From Octopus bimaculoides (lineage: Eukaryota): a DNA stretch of 52,866 nucleotides. The DNA lies in NCBI RefSeq assembly GCF_001194135.2, contig NC_068983.1:144041995-144094860 (forward strand). The letters run 5' to 3'. How positions within the stretch are numbered: position 1 is the first letter of the stretch; each line of letters opens with the position of its first letter. A model generated the notes under the pieces. The model was not told where the DNA came from and made no database searches. It saw nothing but the letters and a program-made list of their open reading frames with translations. A program made the position numbers and the translations under genes. Below are positions 10,480 through 21,469 of the stretch, in pieces.

Positions 10480-10785
10480 TTCTGGTAATGATGACAAACT
10501 TCTGGAAAGTTTTACAGACATTTACAGTTCCAGTGATGGTTTGGATTTGTAGTTTTCAAATCATCTTTTTCCTTTCTGGTTTTGAGAAGCCTCATTCCTC
10601 AGGATTGGTATTTAGGCTGTGTGTTACATATCCCAATGCCCCAATGATTACAGGTATAAACCTGAACTTGTAATCTGGATAGAGTAACTGCAGATTTCTC
10701 AATAGTTCAGCATAAGTAGTCTCGCTTTCATTGATTTCACTTGTCAGCTGATTTCCACAACTGTACACACTAATCTTTTTGTAAT
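10480..10785 (-). mobile_element. RLE-type non-LTR retrotransposon 3' fragment (R4/Dong-like)
   Basis: TYAELLRNLQLLYPDYKFRFIPVIIGALGYV...LQIQTITGTVNVCKTFQKF matches the KYxxL...IPVVIGALG C-terminal RLE region. Confidence 0.75.
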
Positions 10786-10794
10786 TACAAGTGT

Positions 10795-10915
10795 ATGTAT
10801 GTGTGTATGTATGTATGTATGTATGTATGTATGCATGTATGTATGTATGTATGTATGTATGTATGTATGTATGTATGTATGTATGTATGTATGCATGTAT
10901 ATATATATATGTATA
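10795..10915. repeat. (TATG)n microsatellite
   Basis: Direct reading. Confidence 0.95.
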
Positions 10916-10934
10916 CATCTATGCATGTATGTAT

Positions 10935-11160
10935 GCCTTCGTGTCTGTGTTTGACCTCCATTACTGCTTGACAAGTGGTGTCGGTTTGTTAACGTCCCTG
11001 TAACTTAGCGGTTCGACAAAGTGAACCCATAGAATATGTGTCAATAGTCCGTAGAATAGGTTTAAAAACATTAATGAGTGCTGGGGTCGATTCGTTCGAC
11101 TAAAGGTCTTCAAGGCGTTGCCCCAGCATAGCCGCAGTCTAATGACTGAAACAAATCAAA
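10935..11160 (+). mobile_element. SINE family B, 3' body and tail
   Basis: gtaacttagcggttcg...ggggtcgattcgttcgactaaagg...cagcatagccgcagtctaatgactgaaac, homologous to 3640-3715 and to 50840-51000 (minus). Confidence 0.75.
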
Positions 11161-12344
11161 TATATACATATACATACATCCCACCGCACACATGGTCAGA
11201 GTATTATATGTGTGCGTGTGCGCATGTGTGTATTTCCCTCTCGTCTCTCTCTCTCTCTTCCTATGACGTTGCATCTCTTCCACTCGCTGTGTCTATTAAT
11301 CTCTTAAAATGTTATCTCACTTTCATACACACACACATACTCACACACACATACCCACACATATATACATACATGCACGCAACACAAAAACGCATAAATT
11401 TACCCATATCACTTTCTGTCTTTATGTCTGTCTCTCTCTCTCTGAATGTGTCTTTTTCTTATAACTTGTTCTCTCTCCCTTCCTCTGTCTCTCTGCTTTA
11501 CAAACAATTATTACATATCTTTTTTGTCCTTATTTTCTCACTCTTTCATTTTATTTTCAATAGGTTTCGCATTACACACAGATACGCGTAGTCACAAGTA
11601 CATACAATAACAAACACATGCACAATTACAGATACACACAGAGAAACACACGCGCAAACACAAACAGACGTACACGCAGTCAAATACACGTCTCAATCAA
11701 TTTCTTTCTCTCTCATTCAAATGTCATTCTTTCGCTATTACCAACACGACTTTCACACTTTCTCATTGTTCCCCCCCTCCACTCACTTTCTAACAACGGA
11801 CACATGTATGTGTGAATAGTACAAGTGCCAACATAATTCAATTTATGTATAATCTAATTTTAAAGACTCTCTTGTCTTACATTATGTAAACACTTTATTT
11901 GAAATCCATTTTGCCAGCTTTATCAAATGGCTGCCTTAATTCCTCGATTCTAACAGCAATTTCACGCCATTTGTCAGCCGAATTAAAAATGCTCCATTGT
12001 CTGTCTTCCATAACACACAGAGCATTATAACACACCGAGAACCTACAACGGCTTAGTTTTCTTAAAATGCTAATCACAAAACTTAATCATTGATTGACTT
12101 TAGTATTACCAGAAGATAAAAGACTTTTATATCTTGAAATCTTTCCAAAGCCTGGAACGAAGGACTTGGCTGAAATCATACTGAATGTATCCAGCAAAAA
12201 CTATTCATTTATTTATACATTTATTTATCATTTATAATATAATCATAGCTACGTTTATATTGATTTGCGTCGATTTGAAATATGAGTTATTCGTAGTCTA
12301 TCAATCTATTACCTATATTGTTGCTGAGGTTGGTTCTTGTTGGT

Positions 12345-12485
12345 GTTCAGCAGCAGCAGCAGCGGCGGCGGCGGCAGTGGCGGCGGCGGCAGCAGCAGCA
12401 GTACCACCACCACCACCACCACCACTACCATCACCACTACCACCACCGCCACCATCATCATCATCATCATCATCATCATCATTGC
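12345..12485. repeat. compound trinucleotide array (CAG/CGG/CAC/CAT)
   Basis: Direct reading; source of the poly-Q/R/H, poly-A/P/S and poly-V ORFs. Confidence 0.95.
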
Positions 12486-12739
12486 TGTCATCATTGTCGA
12501 CGTAATCTTTCTGCTTCTCTCTTCCTTGTCATCATTTGTGAAATGCTCCTCGTATACAGAAATAAGAAAGAACACACATTGTAAAAATATTGGTTCCCGT
12601 CCTACCAGTGATTAACGCTGTTGGGGATGTTGCGCTTTTCCTTCGTTTTCCTTTCCTTTCAATATTACTGTCATTATTGTTTATATATATATATATATAT
12701 ATTTTCTTCCTCCGTTTTTCCCTTCTTTGGACTTTCTTT

Positions 12740-12774
12740 GTTTCCGATGAAGAGCTCCGCTCGAAACATCAAAT
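12740..12774 (+). ncRNA. minimal type-I hammerhead motif in a PLE-type terminal repeat (U4C core, stem III mutated)
   Basis: ttt-CCGATGA-A-GAGC-tcc-GCTC-GAAAC-ATC-aaa. Flanks are homologous to 22375-22500 (minus) and 26680-26830. Confidence 0.65.
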
Positions 12775-13024
12775 TCTCTTTCTTTCCTTTCCCGAGCGTC
12801 TNNNNNNNNNNNNNNNNNNNNNNNNNNNNNNNNNNNNNNNNNNNNNNNNNNNNNNNNNNNNNNNNNNNNNNNNNNNNNNNNNNNNNNNNNNNNNNNNNNN
12901 NNNNNNNNNNNNNNNNNNNNNNNNNNNNNNNNNNNNNNNNNNNNNNNNNNNNNNNNNNNNNNNNNNNNNNNNNNNNNNNNNNNNNNNNNNNNNNNNNNNN
13001 NNNNNNNNNNNNNNNNNNNNNNNG

Positions 13025-13175
13025 TTCGTGCTGCTGGTCGCGGTGAGAGGGATAACTCCCTTGGCAAACAGGACACAGTCGTGTGTCGATAAGCCAGCTG
13101 GAGGAGATGTCCTCCTGGGGCTAAAAGCAACAGTAACATCCACCCCTAGGGGTCAGCCACACTTAAGTGGCAATA
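13025..13175 (+). repeat. unclassified interspersed repeat, also present at 20985-21035
   Basis: ccagctggaggagatgtcctcctggggctaaaagcaacagtaacat versus ccagctggaggcgttcacctggggttaaaaaatagcagtaacat. Confidence 0.55.
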
Positions 13176-13183
13176 TACTACAC

Positions 13184-13227
<44 letters not shown>

Positions 13228-13255
13228 GATGAATTAGGTACTTAAATTGAGGCAC

Positions 13256-13301
13256 CAGTATTATCCATACAGTATTATCCATACAGTATTATCCATACAG
13301 T
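13256..13301. repeat. 3 x 14-bp tandem repeat (CAGTATTATCCATA)
   Basis: Three perfect units plus a partial unit. Confidence 0.95.
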
Positions 13302-14319
13302 CTTACTGAAAAAATTCTGTGGGAAGTAGGAAAGTTTTTTTCTAAAATAGTCATAAATTCCACATATAGATTTGTGTATAAGGCACAGTTGTACGGGATA
13401 TTGAACCAGACGATATACAGAGATTTGATAAACAAGACTATAAATTAAAACTGACCCCAAAACAGTGACAAGCTAGTGACAAGGAAGTTTTTTTCCTGAT
13501 ACCCTAGTAGCTAGTAGCTTCTAAGCTAAAGTGAAGACAGCATGATCTTTGTCTATCTCCTTACCTTGTTGGAGGTTTTTGGTAAAATTATACTAATGTG
13601 TCAATCTGTTTTAATTTAATTTAATTCTATGTATTTATGCAGCTGAGGAGAGGTTACACATATAACCACAAATATCATCGAATGGATACTGACAATAATA
13701 AAAAAACAATCGTTATATTCAATACTAAATACAACCAATCTACAACAAAACACTCGTGGAAAGTCTAAAAAATCTTCAATAAAAAAGCACTAAATGCGAC
13801 TTGCCTGTAATTTATCTGATATCTGCACTCTTTTATAAATTTAGTTATCAGCACCTGTGGTTATATACAAGTTCAAATGAAGATTAACACTAATATATAA
13901 ACCATTAATTTCGCAAATAGTTAATCCCTAAATTCCACAAACAGTTCATAAATTTAGCTGTCAAATAAGAAAGCATGGTTTTACCATCACTTCCTCTTTA
14001 CTTGCAACGTGAAATGAAGAGTTTTGCTCAAGAACATAACGTACCACCTGTCTAGGAATCGAAACCACGAACAGCCTTCGACTTTTGCTATTCAAACTGT
14101 TCCTATGCATATATATATAATTATACCATATGTTACATATATATTATATCATACCTTGATACTGTATGGACTAAGATCCCCATTGACAGGCTGCTGGTAT
14201 TTATAGAGTGTTAAACACTTTCGGTATGCAAATTAGAGACTCCTTCATAGAGTAACTGTTGCATTTGTTGGATAAACGGTTTGGCTGCTTGTTTCTCTGG
14301 AGACTGTCAGAATGATGCA

Positions 14320-14369
14320 GACGCCTCTGATGAGAATCCGGTAAGGTTCGAAAATTGATTACGGTTGTT
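14320..14369 (+). ncRNA. type-I hammerhead motif with canonical CUGAUGA core
   Basis: gacgcct-CTGATGA-GAATC-cggtaa-GGTTC-GAAA-ATTGAT-TA-cggttgtt. Stem II is 5 bp, stem III is near-palindromic, stem I is imperfect. Confidence 0.6.
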
Positions 14370-14533
14370 CATCCCTTTTTCAGTCTGCGGAGAATTGACT
14401 AAAATTTGCTCTGTTTATAATNNNNNNNNNNNNNNNNNNNNNNNNNNNNNNNNNNNNNNNNNNNNNNNNNNNNNNNNNNNNNNNNNNNNNNNNNNNNNNN
14501 NNNNNNNNNNNNNNNNNNNNNNNNNNNNNNNNN

Positions 14534-14601
<68 letters not shown>

Positions 14602-15881
14602 AAGTATTCGTCACGGAAGCAGTGTTAATTCCGAATGGCAATCTCTTTATATGCTACTTAAGCTGGATGTATTATTAGAATACCAAATACTGCGGTAGTC
14701 TTCTTGAGAGATCCATCGATATCGAAGTACGGTGCTAAGTGCACCGAAGTATATCGTAGTAGACGAGAACCGTCTGGTATGAGTACTGGAACAGCTAGAG
14801 CACATGATGTCATCGTACTGCATTTTCTCAGTAACAGGCATCTACTTGCTGCATATCAGCCAAATTGCACTGCCAACATATATATAGTGTATGTATGTTT
14901 GCCTGTACATGCATGCATGCATTCACACAATAAAATTTGTTTCAACTCACGAATTCACATGAAGAATCTTGCAAACCAGACACACACACGAACGAATGAG
15001 AGTGTGTGTATGTGCATACATAAAAAGCTATTAAGAGTATCAAAAATTTCGATCGTCTATGACTTAACTCGTGACGTTTCGACCTAGCACAACGTGAACG
15101 ATGTAACGTTTATGTTATGATTGTGCTTGTAATTAGCTCCCACGGCTGTCAAGAAATGACAGTCAAGTTATGAGAAAGAACACTATAAAATCATCAGAAA
15201 GAGTATAATTGAGAGCGTAGTTATAGATATATAAAACAGCAATAACGGTAAACATGTAGCATAGTGTCAACTACTTTACATAACCAATATATAATTAATT
15301 TCGTTGATGCTTAGCCAAAACTATCGGAGGATGAGAATTAAGTTGCTTTATTTCTGAATACCGATACATTTGCTTTTTACAGTCAAAGCCTCACACATTT
15401 TTTCTACAATATGATTAGCGGGACATCAAAGTAGTCTGAAGGCTTAACGCCATCATAACGTATTCATCGTTTAAGGTTGTTACCTCTTGTGAAGGTAGTC
15501 CTTCACTGGAATCGATCAATTCTGTACGGTTTCTCCAATATGAAAGCATAATTCCGTTTCCATGAGATCATAAATCAACTTTTGAATCAATTTCGGTCGC
15601 ATTATGGGTGTTTTCTTTCCTATCGATTTTGAGAAGTCTTGTAAAGTTTACATAGCTTAAACAGAGATACACAGAAACGCGAGCACACACATGCGCGCAA
15701 ATACATCTGCATGTCACTCCTTTCTTTCTCTTTCTCTCACCCGCTCGCTCACTCACTTTGTCTTTGTACACCACCCATATATACATTTGCGTGTGTGTGT
15801 ATGTATACACACGTATAGATTAACATATTCACACTCACTCGCACACGATAGTGCATATACCTAATATATATATATATGTAT

Positions 15882-15929
15882 AATTACCTCATAAATTACC
15901 TCATAAATTACCTCATAAATTACCTCATA
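15882..15929. repeat. 4 x 12-bp perfect tandem repeat (AATTACCTCATA) between TA runs
   Basis: Direct reading. Confidence 0.95.
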
Positions 15930-16029
15930 ATTAATATATATATATAGATATATATGAGAAATTAAAGAAGGAAAATGCACACACTTTACATAGTTTTGAT
16001 ATAATTTCTAATATATCGTGTATTGTGTT

Positions 16030-16062
16030 TGTCGACCGGTTTCACTTTCGCTATTCATGACA
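16030..16062 (-). ncRNA. 33-nt minimal hammerhead with covarying A3-U8 core
   Basis: Minus strand TGTC-ATGAATA-GC-GAAA-GT-GAAAC-CG-GTC-GACA. Lies about 280 nt downstream of the GIY-YIG stop on the same strand. Confidence 0.7.
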
Positions 16063-16341
16063 TTAAAATTTATTTAAATACGTATTTTCTTAAGAAAAGT
16101 TTTTGTTCATGTTGTGTGTGGAGTTTATGAATGAACGATTCAACAAGTTGAAAAATCTAAGGGACCTAATTGGTTATCATTATTATTGTGAACAGGGGAG
16201 ATAATTGTTCATGTTTCGGTGGGTGGGTGAGGGAATGCTTATATATATACACACAAATTCAGAAACTAGAGTAGTGGGGAGAAATATGTACAGTGATAGG
16301 TATGTAATCATGAATTAAAATATTATAGCAATCAAAGTTGG

Positions 16342-16715
16342 TTATGTGTCCATATTTAGACGCGTTCTGTATTTTTTTATGAATATATTTTCTTTATTTA
16401 AACGTTCTTGCAAAGAAACTGTATCTTTGCACTGATAGAAGGAAAAAACTGTGAAATTTGGTTTGATGTTACCTGGGCATCGCTCTATGTGTTCACTTAA
16501 AGGAATCTGTCTGTACTGCGGGAACCGGATCTGCTCTTTAGGTTGAGTGGTTCTCGGTCTCAATGTCATTCTCGTCTGCTCTATATAGTGATGTCCACAA
16601 CCCGAGCAGGTTATTACATAAATTAGGTTCTCAGAGGTACAAGTGAAGTTGGTTTTAATTGTGAGCCTCTCTCCTTGTTTGAAAGGGAAATCCGAGCCTT
16701 CAAGTAGGTTGGGTC
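16342..16715 (-). mobile_element. Penelope-like element GIY-YIG endonuclease fragment
   Basis: KTNFTCTSENLIYVITCSGCGHHYIEQTRMTLR...QIRFPQYRQIPLSEHI...FYQC...ERLNKENIFIKKYRTRLN shows the (G)IY-YI(G) pair, the catalytic R, and the terminal E/N. Confidence 0.88.
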
Positions 16716-17340
16716 ATGTTCCACATTATCCTAACTGTCCCTAGTTACACTGTTTTCTGGAGCTGTACTAAACTGGGTTTTATGCCTATTTCCTCTATCC
16801 ACCTGTTCAAATCTTTAGGGATAGTTCCCAATGCACCTATAACTACTGGGATACATTTTACCCACACTTTCCATAGTCTCTGTAATTCAATGGTTAGGTC
16901 CTGGTACTTTGCTATTTTTTCTATACTTCTAATATTAATCTTTTTCATCATTTGGAACTGTAAAATCAGTTACCTGGCACTTTCTATTTTCTTTATCTAC
17001 TACTACTAAATTCGGCCTTCTAGCTACTATTACTCTGTCAGTCTGAATGTCAAAGTCCCATAACATCTATTTCTTACTTTCTAGTACTTTACTAGGTTCA
17101 TGTTCATACCATTTATCGGTATGTTCAAATCCTGGCTGTCTACATAACTCCCGGTGGATTACTCTCCCTAGATTGTCAAATCTTTTCTTGTATTCTTTCT
17201 GTGCTAGCATGTTACATTCACTTACAATATAAGTAACGCTTTACTCTCTTGATTTTCCTACATTGGGAATCTACTTGGTTCTTGTGTGTCTTGGCTTTTA
17301 TTTAATCATTGTTTAATGCTTGATTTTGTGCTGCTACTAA
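16716..17340 (-). mobile_element. R4/Dong-like RLE LINE 3' fragment
   Basis: EYKKRFDNLGRVIHRELC...WDFDIQTDRVIVARRPNLVVVDK...KIAKYQDLTIELQRLWKVWVKCIPVVIGALGT...LQKTV. Confidence 0.88.
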
Positions 17341-20035
17341 CAAACTTTCTATCTCCCTTTTCAGTGTTTTTTCAAGATGATTTTTTTCTGCTAGACAAAG
17401 ACTGCACTTTCGATCGTACAAGACCTACATGAGACGCTACTAATTATACCTGCAACAAGGATGCCCTTAAACTATGACATTGTCTACGAACTAAAAATGG
17501 CAAATTTTGCGAAGGAGTATGTAAAAGAAACAGCGAGAGTTTTGTATGTACTGGTCCTGTACAGCCTACTGTAAAAATGACAAGATGACAAAGCAAAAAC
17601 AAGTTACAGGCTGTTAAACGTGACCTGTTTGTAGTCCCGCATAGAACAGAATTTTAGGAAAAGTCAAAAAAATAAAACAAAGCTAAAAATAGGGTATAAA
17701 TGAGAAGAATGCAGCAAAATAGGTTTCTACCAGAGCAAAAATTAATGAAGCCTGGAGATTTGGGAAGGGATAAGGGATATAGGATTTTTCAGAAACAGAA
17801 ATATGATGTTATCTGATTTTTGAAAAGACAGGGTTTAACAAGGTATACAAAACCCCCATTGCACAAAAAATGCAAATGGATTATGAAGACAGAATATAAT
17901 GCTTTCTGCTGTTGGCTAAACTGATTTTGTATTCTTTTGCAATGCTTTATAACTATATTCATATAGGATGTGATATTTTCACTGTAAATAACTCTTTCTA
18001 TCTGATTTCCTGCTTTATGTTCCGCTTTTCTGTTATTATTACTTTGTGTAAAATGTTCTCTGCTCCAGCTAAAGTGCTTTTATTATTTTTTCTGACCTTG
18101 TTTTAAGACTGCATTCGTGTATGATAATTTTAGTAAATGACTGTTCTTCATGTTTTGATTTCCCGATTTCCTGATATTCTCATCTCTACCAGTAAATTGT
18201 CGCTATAAAAGGTTAGCAATATTATCACTAAAAAAAGCTCTGTGTGTTGTATGTTCTGTTCAAGTTTTTCTTCCTGTCAAACGACAGGTTCATGTTTTAA
18301 TAAACATGAAATGTTCAAATACACTAACAATTCCTTTTAATATTCCCTACTGAATTCGAGAGTGTCTTCTATACCCATTTGATGTATATGCCATCAACTA
18401 CGGTAGATATTTCGAATATTCATCGTGGAGAGACGGCAAGTGAATTTACTTTATACATCTGAATGTATCTGTATGTATTTTCGAATATGTGGGTGTATGT
18501 GTGTGTGATATGTGCTGTTGGTTAGAAATTATATAGCTCAGTTGTCAATTCATTTCCCTTCAAAATGATATCCTGTCAATAAATTAACTGGAGTTAGCAC
18601 AGTATTGAAATCACTCTGGGTGTTTTCACGTGTCTTGAACCTTGGCAATAAACGTCATCTATGAAATTATTGGAAAGAAATGAAATGCCACACGAAAAGT
18701 CTCGTATTCATTGATATCTCTGATTTCACACGTCCACACACGCATAAATATATTCATATGTATGTATGCGTGTATGTGTGAGTGTACGTGTGAGTGCACT
18801 TGCGAGCGTGTGAATGAGGGCATGAGTCTTTGCACACACAAATATATACAAGTATTCATGCATGTATGCATTATGTATGTTGTACGTGCGTAGGCATATA
18901 GTTTGTTTTACACCCAGAGGCTCCATACTCGAGCATACATTAATATGCATTACCTTCCTCTCTCTCCAATAGCCGAAATTTTGCAAGTCATTGTGATATA
19001 TATGCATATCAGTTTGTTTAATATTTATTTATCTATATTCCTGTGTACATAAAAACACACTCACTCTTTCACATCTCCGCTCCACAAGCACATGTGGTAT
19101 GCGTTCATAAATCTTCCCTTTTGTGTTGAGATCATGAAATGAAATGTTTTGAATCCTCATGACACGTGACCTGATGAAAGCCAATCATAGTGAAGTTGAA
19201 ATGTCTGTCAGATGTTTTGGAGTTTTTACACGCAATTCAAGCTTCTCTCTTTTTTCTTCAGGAAGTGTTTCTTACTTTCAACCCAAGATATTCAAAGTCA
19301 TTGACCTATACCATTGTTTCAAGAAATTGGCCGGTGATTTTTATCTTGCTGTTGATCATTCATTTCATCTTCAAAATGATATATTGTCAATAAATTAACA
19401 GAAAGTAAAAAGTAAACTGTATCTCCAAAGTTTCGCAAATCACTATGTTCATCGGACTGTCTGACGAAATAAACGACAGGCGAAACTTCAGAAGCACTGT
19501 TAGAGAGTTCCTAGAAAAATAAATTTGAAACTATTTTCCTATACAGTGTAATTCTCCAATATATATATATATATATATATATATTATTTAAAATAGTTTG
19601 ATATGGCTTCATGCAAGTTTTGCGAGTCTCTAACAGATGCCCGTCTCTTTCAGGTTTTAGATTACCGAATGGAGAAACANNNNNNNNNNNNNNNNNNNNN
19701 NNNNNNNNNNNNNNNNNNNNNNNNNNNNNNNNNNNNNNNNNNNNNNNNNNNNNNNNNNNNNNNNNNNNNNNNNNNNNNNNNNNNNNNNNNNNNNNNNNNN
19801 NNNNNNNNNNNNNNNNNNNNNNNNNNNNNNNNNNNNNNNNNNNNNNNNNNNNNNNNNNNNNNNNNNNNNNNNNNNNNNNNNNNNNNNNNNNNNNNNNNNN
19901 NNNNNNNNNNNNNNNNNNNNNNNNNNNNNNNNNNNNNNNNNNNNNNNNNNNNNNNNNNNNNNNNNNNNNNNNNNNNNNNNNNNNNNNNNNNNNNNNNNNN
20001 NNNNNNNNNNNNNNNNNNNNNNNNNNNNNNNNNNN

Positions 20036-20079
<44 letters not shown>

Positions 20080-20154
20080 CTATACAGAGTAGAATTATTA
20101 GTTATGAACTATAGAGCAAATGTACGATAAATAAGGATACACACAATTACAGTT

Positions 20155-20257
20155 CCTACGCGCGTTTCCACATTATGGATGTTTGGAGCCCTGCAATACG
20201 TTTTTCCGTTAAGTTATAACTGCAGGGCTCCAAACAACCATAATGTGGAAACGTAGG
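20155..20257. repeat. fold-back inverted repeat, 33-bp arms with 1 mismatch and a 25-bp spacer
   Basis: 20163-20195 versus 20221-20253 match at 32/33 as reverse complements. Confidence 0.92.
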
Positions 20258-21162
20258 TCGAGAAAAAAAATACGAAGAAATCATGTATACTATGAAATCA
20301 GAGAAACGAATGCCTACATACTGATAATTATTCCAGTTGAATATGCAATTAACCGTACCCGACTGAGTACATAATGAGTCTCAAAGATGTATTTAGGAAC
20401 ACACACTGCACCAATTGTAATGGACTTAATAGACTCCAGATCCATAATAATAGCAGGCTCCGAGTAAAATGAATAATAAATTAATGCAATAGATAAATAA
20501 ATAAATAACAACAGATTGATAATAGTTCATTCACTAAAATCGTTTTCATCTGGTGAATATAAACAAATTACACATTCCAAAAATCACCAGTTAGTGTCAC
20601 TTCATGATTCCTTGACTAGTAATATCAAGAATAATGAATTCATTGGCTCAAGTTAATAGTTAATATAGGAAAAACATTACGGTGACAGGCAGGGAGGTGG
20701 AGTGTATTTATAGCAGTAGGAAGATTAGATGAAATGGTATAATAATATTCGGTTCAACTTCTAAAAGATAAAATCATTTAGTTACATCTCTTACAGAGAT
20801 TTTAGAACTAGTTACCTTGCTTGTTGCAGAGCCAGCGTCTAAATGTCGCCTATTTTTGGATATATTGCGAGCTAGGACGAATGACTGGCATGTCTAGTAG
20901 ACAGGTGTCTACTGGTCCTATCAAATCGCTAGATGGTAGGGGTTCGCTCCCCTGCTCGCAGTATATCGGACACAGGTTTTATCGTTAACCAGCTGGAGGC
21001 GTTCACCTGGGGTTAAAAAATAGCAGTAACATTGTTCCGTACGGAACAGCCATGTTGAAGTGGCAACAAATATTACTATATATATATATATATAAGTCGT
21101 ATTTAAATTTATAGCGTAGGTAAGAGACTTTAAGGTGTAGTATCCAAACTATGTTATGGGGA

Positions 21163-21336
21163 TGTCCTGTGGTAGTGTGCCTGTAGAGCACGTTCACCGC
21201 TTGTGGTTACCAGGCGTCATCTTGGGTAGTGCACGTTTGCTACTGGATGTACGTATGGGATTCCTCGGTGCACGTTGAGTGTATTCTAAGTGATTAATAC
21301 GGAAGACAGAGTGTACTGGAAGCTTTAATTAGGACA
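21163..21336 (-). mobile_element. possible solo-LTR remnant
   Basis: TGTCCT...AGGACA inverted termini and ATTAAA on the minus strand. No TSD found. Confidence 0.25.
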
Positions 21337-21469
21337 ACGATAGCTTAGGCTTACTTCTGCACTGCTTCCTAGTGGTTGGGGAACGGTGTAAGGAAATCGA
21401 ATGCACTCCATATTGCAGAAGAAACCTATTTAGGCCACCACATAAAGCGGTTCAGTGTTATAAGATGTA

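Noticed and set aside
12309-12615. Poly-His/poly-Gln/poly-Ala ORFs resembling a transcription-factor low-complexity region
   Set aside because: All frames are open only because of the trinucleotide array. The flanking residues have no domain similarity and no convincing splice sites were seen.
14647-15087. GC-balanced ORFs on both strands as a possible exon
   Set aside because: No recognisable motif or convincing splice pair, and the plus ORF runs into microsatellite-like sequence.
15882-15929. Short direct repeats as a possible CRISPR array (also 13256 and 46634)
   Set aside because: Units are contiguous with no spacers, no cas genes are present, and the context is eukaryotic.
17345-18360. 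Cys-rich short frames suggesting a DNA-transposon fossil
   Set aside because: No catalytic motif, TIR or TSD identified.
19171-19211. CTGATGA...GAAATGTC
   Set aside because: Only a 2-bp A-U stem II, with no consistent stem III and stem I in any register.
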